A stretch of 64,000 bases of DNA from Minisyncoccota bacterium (GCA_046350775.1 JAXLZS010000001.1:545838-609837), one strand, 5' to 3'; positions 10,943 through 21,578 are shown, counted from the first letter of the stretch. Notes: generated by a model not told the origin, from the sequence alone. Program-made: numbers and translations.

Positions 10943-11380
10943 ATGCCAACAATTAATCAGTTAATCAAAAATAAAAGAAGTAAAGTCGCTAGAAAATCGA
11001 GATCTTTGACTCTAGGACAAGGCTGGAATTCTGTAAAGAATAAAGCTAATTTTTACAATTCTCCTTTTAAAAGAGGGGTTTGTACAAAGGTGACAACTAC
11101 CACTCCAAAGAAGCCTAACTCAGCTCTTCGTAAGATTGCTAGAATTAGACTCACAAATCAGCAAGAAGTCACAGCTTATATTCCAGGAGAAAAGCACAAG
11201 CTTCAAGAGCACTCAGTGGTCATGATTCGCGGAGGAAGGGTAAAAGACCTAGCCGGAGTTAGATATCACATAGTGAGAGGAAGACTTGATGCTACAGGTG
11301 TAGAAAATAGAAAGCAAGGTCGCTCAAGATATGGCGCTAAAAAGCCAAAAGCAGGAGCTGTTACAGCTAAGAAAAAATAA
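10943..11380 (+). CDS. rpsL: 30S ribosomal protein S12, displaced to follow rplB, with a Lys-rich C-terminal tail.
   Basis: [12 protein letters not shown]...[13 protein letters not shown]...VRYHIVRG. Canonically S12 heads the str operon upstream of rpsG-fusA-tuf. Confidence 0.9.
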   Translation: MPTINQLIKNKRSKVARKSRSLTLGQGWNSVKNKANFYNSPFKRGVCTKVTTTTPKKPNSALRKIARIRLTNQQEVTAYIPGEKHKLQEHSVVMIRGGRVKDLAGVRYHIVRGRLDATGVENRKQGRSRYGAKKPKAGAVTAKKK

Positions 11381-11390
11381 TTTTCTAAAT

Positions 11391-11428
11391 AAAAACACTT
11401 CACACTTGTGAAGTGTTTTTATTTTTTC
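11391..11428 (+). terminator. Rho-independent terminator after rpsL.
   Basis: Perfect hairpin aaaaacacttcaca-cttg-tgaagtgttttt followed by a T-run. Confidence 0.7.
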
Positions 11429-11524
11429 CACAAAAATTTAAATAAATATTCTGCAATATATTATAGGTTGTGATAGAATGTAGATATGATAATGTGTCTC
11501 TATCTTATATCAAATTAAAACTTT

Positions 11525-14500
11525 ATGAATGTAAAAAAAACCACGTTTAGTTATTTTATAGTATCGTTATTTTTGTTTTCTACTCTTTTTTCTGTGGTTG
11601 GAGCTAAGAATGATAATCTCTTAACAAGATGGGATCTATTTTCTATAAATATATATTGTAAAGTTAATAGTCTTTTTAATATTAATAATCCAAAGTGTGA
11701 CTACACCAATATTCCTAAACAAATATCTGATATACAAATTCAAATAGACAATTTACCTAAAGAAAATAATACTAAAATAGTATATACAGCGACTTCTGGA
11801 GTTCAGTATATATATATCAGAGGCCCTAAAGGTGACACAGGATTACAGGGTCCAAAAGGAGACACTGTGTATATAGGCGCCAATGGTGCCACAACTACAA
11901 GTTGGGCTGATATTTGGAATAGTACAAATAGCCGAGAAATAAAATATCAATATGTGCCAGTAGCTAGTGGAGGAGGTAATGGGATCAATGGCACAAATGG
12001 AACAAATGGTACCAATGGAAAAAATGGTAAGGACGGAAATTATATAACTTTAATCACTCAAAATTCTACAAGTACAACTTATTATATTTATGATCCTAAT
12101 ACGAATTCTACTTCTACAATAGTAGTGGCTAGTCCTTATATCTCTTCAAATTCTCCAGTCACAATAGAAAATGGAAATTCTTTATTTTCAACAGGATTGA
12201 CCGGCACAGGCAGTTCGTCTTTAGCTACAAATTCTGTCTTCTTAGGAGAGGATGCCGGCAATGGTGCAACCAACGCCTCTTATTCAAACTTCTTTGGTCC
12301 TAGTGCTGGCTCAGGTGCAACCAGTGCCTTCCAATCTAACTTTTTGGGATATAAGGCTGGCCATAATGCAACATACGCTTACGGTTCAAACTTCTTAGGC
12401 ACATATGCTGGCAATAGTGCAACTGGTGCTTTTTATTCAAATTTTATTGGACAAAATGCTGGACAAAATGCAGCATCTGCTTACTCTTCCAACTTTTTAG
12501 GAGAGGTTGCCGGCAATGGTGCCACCAACGCTGCCAACTCAATATTCATCGGAAGAAGTGCTGGTCAAAATGATACAGTAGATAATACAATCAACGGTCT
12601 CTCTTCTATACTCATAGGCTCATACACTAATACGGGAGGATATTCTAATTCTATATTACTCGGTAGTGGTACAAGTGGATCTCCAATCTCAAATACAAAA
12701 GCAAACCAATTCATGCTTGCTCCTTCTATCACAGAATTAAATCTAAGAGGAGTTAATTACACTTTGCCTTCTACTATCGGTGCAACAGGTACAGTCCTCA
12801 CAAATGATGGTAGTGGAGTACTCAGTTGGGGAGTGGGAGGGGGAGGTTTTGGTGGAGGAACAACAACCATAACCTCACTTATAACTGGTGTCGCTCCCAT
12901 ATATCAAGGAGTTATATTAGACGAGCATTTCACTGGATCTTCTTTAGATACTGATACATGGTCAGCAGAAACAACTCCTACAGGAGTAACTGTTAATAAT
13001 AAATTAATAGTCTCATCAGGACAATCAGACTGGAGTAGATATATGGAATTTAAAAAGCATTATCTTTATGAGAAAGAAGACATTATTTTCGACTTTAAGC
13101 CATTAACCAAGAATTCAGGAGATGCATGGGGAATTACTCAAAATAGTTTGCTTGTATTATATAATAGCTCAATATATTTAAAAGTAGATCTTTCTAATGG
13201 TGTAAATAGCGGTAGACTTTCTATAGGAAACACAACTGCCGCAAATGAATATGGATATTCACAAGCTTTAGATTTTAATGCTGGAGACAATTTAAGATTA
13301 ACTATAAAACGTACACCGTGGAAAACTATAACAATATTAGAAAATTTGACAGATTCATCAAAACCAAAAGCATATGGTGAGTTTGATTTAAGACAATGGG
13401 GAACTCAAGGCAATTATCGTATCTCTTTTTTGGGTGGACAGCAAGAATTTACAAATATAAAAATTGATTCTAAAGTAAGAAATTATGGAGGCACAAAAGG
13501 GGTAGTATTTTTTGGAGATTCTATAACTAATGGTATTGGGGCCACTTCTGTAAGTAAAAGATGGACGGATGTTTTAATGAAAGGGCAGCAGAATCTGTTT
13601 GAAAATATGGGTATAGGTTCTTGGTTAACTGGTACCATGAATTCATCTAGAGTGACAGAATTATTGACCGGAATAAATGCTAAGTATTTATTTATAAATT
13701 TTGGTTATAATGATTTTGCGCAATATACTCCAACTTCAACTTATAGGGCAAATCTAGAAACTATCGCTACCACAGCCCAAGCTATGGGGTATACAACAAT
13801 ATTCGTTTCTCCATTTCCTAATGCTACGTACGACAGTTCATCTTATGCATCAGCTATGCAGACAGCAGCTGCTAATACTGGTAGTAAATATATAAGTATT
13901 ATTAATGCTACTTCTATTGGTGGAGTAGCAAATCCTAACTATTTATATGATGGAGTTCATCCTAATGATGAGGGATATAGAGTTATCGCTGAAGAAATAA
14001 AAAAACAAATTCCAGAAGTTTACAGTGATATGGTAAACAATATAGATTCAGGAAGTATTAAGAGTTATGATATGCCATTTGCTTTTGGTAATGAGAGTAT
14101 AGTCACTGTCGGATCTGATGGTATATTTAGACAGGCTTTAGCAGAGCAGTTCATAACAAAGAATTCACTAAGATTACAATCTATAGCATACGAGACACAA
14201 GACGGCTCAGTATCTTTATCTGGTGATATCATTCAAGGGGGATCTTTTCAACAAAAAAGTAATAATGGATTAAGGATAGGCTTTAATAATGGAGCTTATG
14301 ATAATAACGGCTCAAATATAACAATAACAAATGCTGGTACAGGAGGATCTGGGCATCCTCAACTCTTCAATACTATAAATGGCACTGAAAATATTATAAT
14401 AAATGCTTTGGCTCAAGTAGGAAAAGCAAATGCTGCTGGCTCTGTTTCCGGAAATAGAAATTTATTATTACAGACACCAATACCAAATTCTTATGATCTA

Positions 14501-16015
14501 TCTGGCAGTAGAAATATATTGATGTCATCAACAAATTTTGCCTTAAATACAGGAAGTGATAATATTTTAATAGGAGATCAATCAGGAGGACTGTTAACTA
14601 GTGGTAGCTATAATATAGCTCTTACTAGTAGACTTAATTATAATGGAGGAAGTTCTAGTTGGTCTGCTAATAATGCGGTAGGTACTATTATGATAGGTAC
14701 TCCATATGATTATTCTGGAGAAGAGCCACTGTCAAATGGAGAGGTTGTCATATCTTCTTATACAAGGTTTCAAAGAATTTATACATTTGGTACAAAGGGA
14801 GGACTTCAAACTTCTGTTGTTTGGAGACCGGGATATCAAGGAGGCATAAACTCTGCTGGAGCACCTCTTTATATACAAGGTACAAGAGCGACAGGTAATG
14901 CTGAGCCTGGTAATATAGTATTTCAGTTCTCGACACCGGGATCATCAGGAAGTGCTGTGCAAGGTACTTTTAGTGATACTCTTACTTTGTCTAGAAACTC
15001 TATATTTGCAAATAAAAACGTTGGTATTTTACAATCAAATCCTTCCTATGCTTTGCATGTAGGATCCTCAAGTATATCTGATGGTGCTACATTATTAAGA
15101 TTGGAAGATATAAATAGTACTTGTGATTTTAACGCTAATTCTGGATCTCCATCTTGTGGATCTGATATCACTCTTAAAAAAGATATATCATCTCTAGATA
15201 CATCTGATATCTTAATTAAGATAGGCAAACTTACTCCAGTGTCTTATCATTGGAAAACTCAAAAAGATGATGATATCTTAAATTATGGATTTATAGCTCA
15301 AGATGTCGGTGCACAATTTCCAGATCTTGTACATGAGGGTACATGGGTTGATGGTAGTAAAAGACTATTTTTGAATACTGGTGGGCTTATGCCTTATGTG
15401 GTTGGAGCAATCAAAGAACTCAACAACAAAGCACTATTTGCTAGTGTAGGATCATCAACACTAGTAAACAATACTCTCCAGACTTCTCTAAATGATTTCT
15501 CTTTATTCATATCTACTCTCAATGATAACAATCTAGTATCTACAAATCTCACCAATCTCCACGATCTATTTTCAAGTTCTTCTCTCTCAGCTATCAAATC
15601 TTTAACTAACACTCTCACACAATCAGGATTTGATCTTAATCTAAATGGAAACGCTCTCACCAATGTTAAATCTATTCAGAGTATGAGTGGAAATTGGAGG
15701 GTGGGGGAGGATGGAAAAATAATAGCAAAGACAATAAGGGTAGAAGGAATAGAGTTAAAAGATATAGATGGAAATTGGTATTGTTATGGATCACAAAATG
15801 GAAATCTGGTAAAAATTGGTATTGCTCCATGCTCGGATTCTGATTTAAACAATCTTCAATTTTCAAATAATCAATCCCCATCTACTCCTATTTCTACGAC
15901 AGAGCCTACAAGTACTGCTACCACCACAAATCAAGATTTAGGTACATCTTCTCCAGTAGAAGCAGATCCTTCTTCTTTAGATCCTAACACTACACCCGTT
16001 TCTGATCTTGAATAA
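11525..16015 (+). CDS. Giant (1496 aa) secreted tail-spike-like protein: signal peptide, two collagen-like GXY tracts, 17-aa tandem repeats, a ConA-like lectin/glucanase-fold domain, an SGNH (GDSL) esterase domain, a beta-rich region, a C-terminal S74 intramolecular-chaperone domain and an S/T/P-rich tail.
   Basis: Signal peptide MNVKKTTFSYFIVSLFLFSTLFSVVGA. GPKGDTGLQGPKGDT (about 11823-11870) and GINGTNGTNGTNGKNGKDG (about 11985-12047). Repeats at about 12228-12575. DEHFTGSSLDTDTWS (about 12910-13470). SGNH blocks FFGDSITNG / GYND / DGVHPNDEGY (about 13480-14040). SDITLKKDI ... VSYHWKTQKDDDILNYGFIAQDVGAQFPDLV (about 15160-15330). Confidence 0.75.
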   Translation: MNVKKTTFSYFIVSLFLFSTLFSVVGAKNDNLLTRWDLFSINIYCKVNSLFNINNPKCDYTNIPKQISDIQIQIDNLPKENNTKIVYTATSGVQYIYIRGPKGDTGLQGPKGDTVYIGANGATTTSWADIWNSTNSREIKYQYVPVASGGGNGINGTNGTNGTNGKNGKDGNYITLITQNSTSTTYYIYDPNTNSTSTIVVASPYISSNSPVTIENGNSLFSTGLTGTGSSSLATNSVFLGEDAGNGATNASYSNFFGPSAGSGATSAFQSNFLGYKAGHNATYAYGSNFLGTYAGNSATGAFYSNFIGQNAGQNAASAYSSNFLGEVAGNGATNAANSIFIGRSAGQNDTVDNTINGLSSILIGSYTNTGGYSNSILLGSGTSGSPISNTKANQFMLAPSITELNLRGVNYTLPSTIGATGTVLTNDGSGVLSWGVGGGGFGGGTTTITSLITGVAPIYQGVILDEHFTGSSLDTDTWSAETTPTGVTVNNKLIVSSGQSDWSRYMEFKKHYLYEKEDIIFDFKPLTKNSGDAWGITQNSLLVLYNSSIYLKVDLSNGVNSGRLSIGNTTAANEYGYSQALDFNAGDNLRLTIKRTPWKTITILENLTDSSKPKAYGEFDLRQWGTQGNYRISFLGGQQEFTNIKIDSKVRNYGGTKGVVFFGDSITNGIGATSVSKRWTDVLMKGQQNLFENMGIGSWLTGTMNSSRVTELLTGINAKYLFINFGYNDFAQYTPTSTYRANLETIATTAQAMGYTTIFVSPFPNATYDSSSYASAMQTAAANTGSKYISIINATSIGGVANPNYLYDGVHPNDEGYRVIAEEIKKQIPEVYSDMVNNIDSGSIKSYDMPFAFGNESIVTVGSDGIFRQALAEQFITKNSLRLQSIAYETQDGSVSLSGDIIQGGSFQQKSNNGLRIGFNNGAYDNNGSNITITNAGTGGSGHPQLFNTINGTENIIINALAQVGKANAAGSVSGNRNLLLQTPIPNSYDLSGSRNILMSSTNFALNTGSDNILIGDQSGGLLTSGSYNIALTSRLNYNGGSSSWSANNAVGTIMIGTPYDYSGEEPLSNGEVVISSYTRFQRIYTFGTKGGLQTSVVWRPGYQGGINSAGAPLYIQGTRATGNAEPGNIVFQFSTPGSSGSAVQGTFSDTLTLSRNSIFANKNVGILQSNPSYALHVGSSSISDGATLLRLEDINSTCDFNANSGSPSCGSDITLKKDISSLDTSDILIKIGKLTPVSYHWKTQKDDDILNYGFIAQDVGAQFPDLVHEGTWVDGSKRLFLNTGGLMPYVVGAIKELNNKALFASVGSSTLVNNTLQTSLNDFSLFISTLNDNNLVSTNLTNLHDLFSSSSLSAIKSLTNTLTQSGFDLNLNGNALTNVKSIQSMSGNWRVGEDGKIIAKTIRVEGIELKDIDGNWYCYGSQNGNLVKIGIAPCSDSDLNNLQFSNNQSPSTPISTTEPTSTATTTNQDLGTSSPVEADPSSLDPNTTPVSDLE

Positions 16016-16024
16016 TACCTTAAT

Positions 16025-16053
16025 TTGCAAATATTTGGTCTTTATGTTAATAT
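16025..16053 (+). promoter_or_regulatory. Sigma70-like promoter TTGCAA-N17-TAATAT upstream of rpsN.
   Basis: TTGCAA at 16025-16030, a 17-nt spacer, TAATAT at 16048-16053. Confidence 0.4.
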
Positions 16054-16187
16054 GAGTCCACTGTTTGTAATCAGTTAATTAAATATATTATTCTTTATTT
16101 ATAGATATTTATATTTGTTTATTAAGAATAATATATTTATTTTACTTGATATTCTTACAGTTTTAAAAACAATTAATATTTTTAATT

Positions 16188-16373
16188 ATGGCAAAAACGT
16201 CTGTCAAAGCAAGAGCTGCAAAGGCTCCAAAATTTTCTTCTCGTATAGTTAGAAGATGTTTTAAGTGTGGTCGAAGACATGGTTACATGAGAGATTTTGA
16301 TCTCTGTAGAATTTGTTTCCGTGAATTAGCAAACGAGGGTATGATCCCTGGTGTTAAAAAATCATCTTGGTAA
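16188..16373 (+). CDS. rpsN: 30S ribosomal protein S14, type Z (zinc-binding).
   Basis: 61 aa with CFKCGRRHGYMRDFDLCRIC. Confidence 0.9.
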   Translation: MAKTSVKARAAKAPKFSSRIVRRCFKCGRRHGYMRDFDLCRICFRELANEGMIPGVKKSSW

Positions 16374-16400
16374 TACAAGCTAAAAAAGAAATAAAAATAT

Positions 16401-16802
16401 ATGGATCAAATAGCAAACATGTTAAGTAGTATAAAAAACGCAGGACTCGTAAAAAGAGATTCTATTGTCGTTCCTCACTCTACCATCAAAGCTTCTATTT
16501 TAGAAGTTTTAAAAAGAGAAGGTTTTATAAAGACTTTTGAAATTATTGACTCTGGAAAAAACAAAAAAGAACTAAAAATAGTTCTAGAATATGTCGGAAA
16601 ACACCCAAACGTTTCTCCACGCGTAAATAATATTGAAAGAGTTTCAAAATTATCAAAAAGAGTCTATATTGGTTATAGAGATCTACACAAATTTAAATTC
16701 GGAAAAGGTTTAATAATTGTCTCTACTCCAAAAGGTATTCTTACCAATAAAGAAGCTCGTAAAGAGTTGGTCGGCGGTGAAGTATTATTTAATATCTGGT
16801 AA
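16401..16802 (+). CDS. rpsH: 30S ribosomal protein S8.
   Basis: MDQIANMLSSIKNA...GLIIVSTPKGILT...GGEVLFNIW. Confidence 0.92.
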   Translation: MDQIANMLSSIKNAGLVKRDSIVVPHSTIKASILEVLKREGFIKTFEIIDSGKNKKELKIVLEYVGKHPNVSPRVNNIERVSKLSKRVYIGYRDLHKFKFGKGLIIVSTPKGILTNKEARKELVGGEVLFNIW

Positions 16803-16811
16803 ACTAAATTT

Positions 16812-17348
16812 ATGTCAAGAATAGGAAAACAAAATCTAAATATTCCATCAGGTGTCAGCGTATCTCTTGCTGATGGTATTTTAACTGTAAAAGGACCAAA
16901 AGGTGAGCTAAAAAGAAATATTAATCAAGATCTTGTTAAGATTAATATTGAAAATGAATCAGTCACCAGTGAGCCTCTAAGAAATGACAAAGTCTCAAAA
17001 GCTTTATGGGGTACATATATGTCTCATATACAAAATATGATAGCTGGTGTTCAAAATCCATTCGAGAAAAAGCTTTTAATAGAAGGAGTTGGTTTTAAAT
17101 GGGAAGTGAAAGGAGACAAGATTCAGCTAAATGTGGGTTTTTCTCATTCTGTATTTCTAGATATTCCAAAAGAATTGACAGTTACAGCAGAAAAAGGAAC
17201 ACTTAGTATAACTGGTCTCGACAAAGAATTGGTTGCTAAATTTGCAATGCAAGTACGCAAACAAAAGCCTGGAGAGCCTTACAAAGGAAAGGGTATAAGA
17301 TATTCAACTGAAGTCTTACGTAGAAAACAAGGTAAGAAGTCTGCATAA
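16812..17348 (+). CDS. rplF: 50S ribosomal protein L6.
   Basis: MSRIGKQNLNIPSGVSVSL...LTVKGPKGEL. Confidence 0.92.
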   Translation: MSRIGKQNLNIPSGVSVSLADGILTVKGPKGELKRNINQDLVKINIENESVTSEPLRNDKVSKALWGTYMSHIQNMIAGVQNPFEKKLLIEGVGFKWEVKGDKIQLNVGFSHSVFLDIPKELTVTAEKGTLSITGLDKELVAKFAMQVRKQKPGEPYKGKGIRYSTEVLRRKQGKKSA

Positions 17349-17365
17349 TATTTAAAAGAAAAACT

Positions 17366-17731
17366 ATGAAAAAAGTAATTTTAAAAACTAAAAATGAAAA
17401 AAGAAGAAAGTTGCATAAGAAAATTCGTGCAAAGATTTTTGGTACTGCAGAGACTCCTCGCCTTGCTGTCTGGAAATCAAACAGATTTATCTATGCTCAA
17501 CTTATCAATGATGATGAAAATAAAATCATAGCTAGCGCAAGTGATATAAAGACTTATCTTGATGCGAAGATTAATAAAGTTGAATCAGCAAAAAAGATAG
17601 GTTTAGAAATTGCAGAACTTGCAAAGAAGCTAAAAATATCAAAGATTGTTTTTGATAGAGGAGGTTTTCCTTATAAAGGTCGTGTAGCTGCTCTTGCTAC
17701 TGGTGCTAGAGAGGGTGGTCTAGAGTTTTAA
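17366..17731 (+). CDS. rplR: 50S ribosomal protein L18.
   Basis: TPRLAVWKSNRFIYAQLINDDENKIIASAS ... FDRGGFPYKGRVAALATGAREGGLEF. Confidence 0.9.
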   Translation: MKKVILKTKNEKRRKLHKKIRAKIFGTAETPRLAVWKSNRFIYAQLINDDENKIIASASDIKTYLDAKINKVESAKKIGLEIAELAKKLKISKIVFDRGGFPYKGRVAALATGAREGGLEF

Positions 17732-17752
17732 AATATTATATATTATAAAGAT

Positions 17753-18385
17753 ATGCCAAATACAAATTTAGAAAATCAAAATGAAGAATTAGAAAACATC
17801 GCAACAGCAGATGTTAAGCAGGTCGTTATTGACGATGAAGTTATTTCCGTTGATGAAAACACACCTTCATCTGGAAGTGATTTCAAAAAAGGTGGTCGCA
17901 AGACTAATGGAAAAGGCAAAGGTGGATCTAGACCTCCTCGCGCTCCTCGCGAAAAGCCTGAGTTTGATACAAAGACAATTGACGTCCGCCGTGTGACTCG
18001 TGTGGTATCAGGAGGAAGAAGATTTTCTCTTGCTGTCGCATTAGCTGCTGGTGATAGAAATGGTAGAATCGGATTTGGTACAGGAAAAGCTCTAGATACA
18101 CAACTAGCTATTGAAAAAGCTACAAAGTCTGCAAAGAAAAATATGATGACTTTAAAGCTCGCAAAAGGTAATAAGATACCTTATGATGTTAAAGTAAAAT
18201 ACAAATCAGCTTCTCTGTGGCTAACTCCAAATAAAGGAAAGGGTATTGTGGCGGGATCTTCTGCTAGAGCAATACTTTCTCTTGCTGGAGTAAATGATGT
18301 GACAGCAAAATTCCATTCAGGAACAAAAAATAAAATGAATAATGCAAAAGCTACAATAAAAGCTTTACAAATGTTTACCAAATAA
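17753..18385 (+). CDS. rpsE: 30S ribosomal protein S5 with an N-terminal extension of about 55 aa.
   Basis: RRVTRVVSGGRRFSLAVALAAGDRNGRIGFGTGKA core. 210 aa against about 166 typical. Confidence 0.9.
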   Translation: MPNTNLENQNEELENIATADVKQVVIDDEVISVDENTPSSGSDFKKGGRKTNGKGKGGSRPPRAPREKPEFDTKTIDVRRVTRVVSGGRRFSLAVALAAGDRNGRIGFGTGKALDTQLAIEKATKSAKKNMMTLKLAKGNKIPYDVKVKYKSASLWLTPNKGKGIVAGSSARAILSLAGVNDVTAKFHSGTKNKMNNAKATIKALQMFTK

Positions 18386-18405
18386 TTAATTTAATAAATA
18401 AATTT

Positions 18406-18840
18406 ATGCAAACCCATCAAATCAAAAGAACTCACAAATTAAAGAAAGCAAAACAAATTGCTCGTGGTGGTAGACGTGGTAAACAAGCTGGTCGTGGAGG
18501 AAAAGGTCAGACAGCACGTGCCGGAAATAAAGTTCGCCCAGCATTACGTGATACAATTAAAAAGCTTCCAAAGCTACGTGGTCACGGCATCAATCGTCCA
18601 CACACAGTAGTATTTAGAGATGCAAAAACTTTTGCTGTTGTAAATCTAGGTCAATTAAATATTTTTGAAAATGGTGAAGTTGTAAATCCAACATCACTCG
18701 TAGCAAAAGGATTAATCAAAAAAAGACATGGCAAACTTCCAAAAGTAAAAATACTTGCCAAAGGTGAAATTACTAAAAAAATCCAAGTTGAAAACTGTAC
18801 TCTCAGTAAATCAGCTGAAGAAAAAATAAAAGCTTTATAA
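18406..18840 (+). CDS. rplO: 50S ribosomal protein L15. It follows rpsE directly, so there is no L30 gene.
   Basis: GGRRGKQAGRGGKGQTARAGNKVRP...LPKLRGH. Only 20 nt separate it from rpsE. Confidence 0.9.
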   Translation: MQTHQIKRTHKLKKAKQIARGGRRGKQAGRGGKGQTARAGNKVRPALRDTIKKLPKLRGHGINRPHTVVFRDAKTFAVVNLGQLNIFENGEVVNPTSLVAKGLIKKRHGKLPKVKILAKGEITKKIQVENCTLSKSAEEKIKAL

Positions 18841-18846
18841 TAAAAT

Positions 18847-20112
18847 ATGAAAACTCTAAAAAGAATTTTTCAAGACAAAGTTTTAAGAAATAGAATTTTG
18901 TTTGTTATTGGTATTTTGGCTATTACAAGATTATTAGCAGCTATACCAGTACCTGGCGTGGATAAGGCGGCTCTAGCCAATGCTATGTCCAGCAATAGCT
19001 TTTTAGGATTTCTAAATATATTCTCAGGAGGAGGACTTTCTTCTTTTTCTATTATAATGCTCGGAGTAGGGCCATACATCACAGCTTCTATTATTATGCA
19101 GCTTTTTACTGTCCTCATCCCAAAGTTTAAAGAGATGTATCAAGAAGAGGGTGAGATTGGTAGAAAAAAGTTTTCTCAATATTCTCGCTTGCTTACAGTG
19201 CCTCTAGCCATAGTTCAAGGTTATGCTATTCTTACTCTTTTGACTTCACAAAAAATAGTCGACCCTCTTTCTGGTCCAGAAATGATTTTTAATATCTTGA
19301 TCATTACTACCGGATCACTACTTCTTATGTGGCTTGGTGAGCAGATAAATGAATATGGTATTGGAAATGGTGTCTCACTTATAATCTTTGCTGGTATAGT
19401 AGCAAGTCTTCCAACAAAAATTTTCCAGACCTTCGTCGCTTTTGATGTTTCTATGATACCTATGATTATAGCTATTTGTATTTTAGCTTTAGTCGTGATA
19501 GCTGGCATTGTCTATGTCACAGAAGCTGAAAGACCTATCTCTATAACCTACTCAAAACAAGCAAGTAGCTTTTATGGTTCATCTGGTATTACCAATACTT
19601 ATCTTCCGTTAAGACTTAACCAGGCGGGAGTCATACCGATAATCTTTGCTGTCTCCCTTCTTCTCTTTCCTCAGATGATAGCTCAAATTTTAAAAAATTC
19701 TGCAAACCTCACTCTTCAATCCGTCTCTACAAATATAAATTCTTTCTTATCAAATACTCTTTATTATGGAATTATTTATTTTGTGTTGGTAGTTTTGTTT
19801 ACTTATTTTTATACCGCAGTGACTTTCGATTCTGCAAAGACCGCTGAAAATCTACAAAAGTCAGGAGCCTTTATTCCTGGATATAGACCTGGAGTGGCTA
19901 CTGCGGACTATATTGGAGGTGTGCTTTCTAGGGTTACTTTCTTCGGAGCTTTCTTCTTAGGATTTATTGCTGTATTACCAATTATAGTCCAAGGATTAAC
20001 AAATGGAGCAAGTAGTATCACTATTGGTGGTACATCTCTTCTCATCGCAGTATCTGTGATTATAGACTTTGTAAAAAAAGTAGATGCCCAACTCACAATG
20101 AGAGAGTACTAA
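18847..20112 (+). CDS. secY: Preprotein translocase subunit SecY.
   Basis: 421 aa with 10 predicted TM segments. Position after rplO. Confidence 0.92.
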   Translation: MKTLKRIFQDKVLRNRILFVIGILAITRLLAAIPVPGVDKAALANAMSSNSFLGFLNIFSGGGLSSFSIIMLGVGPYITASIIMQLFTVLIPKFKEMYQEEGEIGRKKFSQYSRLLTVPLAIVQGYAILTLLTSQKIVDPLSGPEMIFNILIITTGSLLLMWLGEQINEYGIGNGVSLIIFAGIVASLPTKIFQTFVAFDVSMIPMIIAICILALVVIAGIVYVTEAERPISITYSKQASSFYGSSGITNTYLPLRLNQAGVIPIIFAVSLLLFPQMIAQILKNSANLTLQSVSTNINSFLSNTLYYGIIYFVLVVLFTYFYTAVTFDSAKTAENLQKSGAFIPGYRPGVATADYIGGVLSRVTFFGAFFLGFIAVLPIIVQGLTNGASSITIGGTSLLIAVSVIIDFVKKVDAQLTMREY

Positions 20113-20142
20113 TTAGACTAAAAGATAAAGTATTATAAAAAT

Positions 20143-20176
20143 AAAATCCTCTTTATTTAAGAGGATTTTATTTTTT
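20143..20176 (+). terminator. Rho-independent terminator after secY.
   Basis: Hairpin aaaatcctctt-tattt-aagaggatttt followed by a T-run. Confidence 0.65.
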
Positions 20177-20202
20177 ACAAAATTCAAAATTCGTGATATT
20201 AT

Positions 20203-21024
20203 TTGTCTAATATCATGTCTAATATAAAACTAAAAACAGACTTAACAACTATTAAAAATCTTCGTGAATCCTGTAGAAGAATAGCTTTTGTTATTAAAAA
20301 AGTCGGCGAAGAAATAAAACCAGGAGTATCGCTTTTAGAATTAGACAAATTAGCTTATCGATTGATAACTGAAAGCCAAAATGGAAAGACAGATAAAGAT
20401 AAGCCAGCTTTTTTAAATTATCAGCCGTATGGTGCAGCTTTTCCATATCCTGCATCACTTTGTATTTCAGTAAACGATGCAGTGGTACATGGTATACCAG
20501 ATGAATATATTTTAAAAGAGGGGGATATTGTGACTCTCGATGGTGGCATAAATCACAAAGGTATGATATCTGATCATGCTATCACATTTCCAGTCGGAAA
20601 AATTTCTAAAGAAAATGAAGAATTGTTGCGAGTCACAAAGGGTGCTCTTATGGCTGGTATAAAGGTAGCAGTAGCAGGAAATTATGTAAATGATATTTCT
20701 AAAGCTATAGAAAATTATATTGTCAGTGAAGGTAAAAAAATAAATATGAAATTTGGTATTATAAAAATCTTGTCTGGTCATGGTGTGGGATACAAAGTAC
20801 ATGAAGAGCCTTTTGTGCCAAATTTTGATGATGGAGTACGTGGTCCAAAGCTTGTCCCTGGTATGGTACTCGCAATAGAGCCAATGCTCAATCTTGGTAG
20901 TGAAGAAGTTTATTTAGAAGATGACGGATATACATTTAAAACTGTTGATGGTAAAAACTCAGCTCATTTTGAACATACTATTTTAATCACCAAAAACAAG
21001 CCAGAGATACTTACAGTAATGTAA
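20203..21024 (+). CDS. map: Methionine aminopeptidase, type I.
   Basis: AVVHGIPD, DGGINHKG, HGVGYKVHEEP, MVLAIEPM metal-ligand blocks. Confidence 0.9.
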   Translation: MSNIMSNIKLKTDLTTIKNLRESCRRIAFVIKKVGEEIKPGVSLLELDKLAYRLITESQNGKTDKDKPAFLNYQPYGAAFPYPASLCISVNDAVVHGIPDEYILKEGDIVTLDGGINHKGMISDHAITFPVGKISKENEELLRVTKGALMAGIKVAVAGNYVNDISKAIENYIVSEGKKINMKFGIIKILSGHGVGYKVHEEPFVPNFDDGVRGPKLVPGMVLAIEPMLNLGSEEVYLEDDGYTFKTVDGKNSAHFEHTILITKNKPEILTVM

Positions 21025-21117
21025 TTATTGATAATTTTTTATTTGACCAATCATCATTATAATGGTAGTATGTATACCTGTTCTTTAAACAATTATTTTT
21101 CACATAATATTTAACAA

Positions 21118-21531
21118 ATGTCAAAGCGAATTGTCTCAGCAGAACTTAAATTTTTTACAGAAAAGTTCGAATTATTTTTTCGGAAAAACATTGCTTCCGG
21201 TACCTATATTATTTATAAGTATCTTAAAAAAGATTACGATTTTCTATTATATATAATGTCTTCAAAGCCCGGAAGATGGAATGATTATATAACAGAAAAT
21301 GTTAGGTATACTCTGTTCAAGAATTTACCAAGCGAAACAGGCGATGTTTCCATTCCAAAATATTTAAGGAAAAAGATTTTTAAACCACGTATTTCTTTTT
21401 CCCACACTGGAGAAAACATTGTAAGAATGTTTGAAAAAAGTGAAGGATTAAAAAAATATTGTAAGGAGTGGTTTAAGGAGAATTATTATAAAGAGATTCC
21501 TGCTGAAATCCTTAAAAAAATCGAAAAGTAA
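21118..21531 (+). CDS. Hypothetical protein in the slot where infA/rpmJ normally lie.
   Basis: 137-aa basic ORF with no recognisable motif. Confidence 0.4.
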   Translation: MSKRIVSAELKFFTEKFELFFRKNIASGTYIIYKYLKKDYDFLLYIMSSKPGRWNDYITENVRYTLFKNLPSETGDVSIPKYLRKKIFKPRISFSHTGENIVRMFEKSEGLKKYCKEWFKENYYKEIPAEILKKIEK

Positions 21532-21550
21532 TTCTGAAAAATTTTTTAAA

Positions 21551-21578
21551 AAGCGGTATACGGTGCCGCTTTTTTTAT
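21551..21578 (+). terminator. Hairpin followed by a T-run.
   Basis: aagcgg-tatacggtg-ccgcttttttt. Confidence 0.5.
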
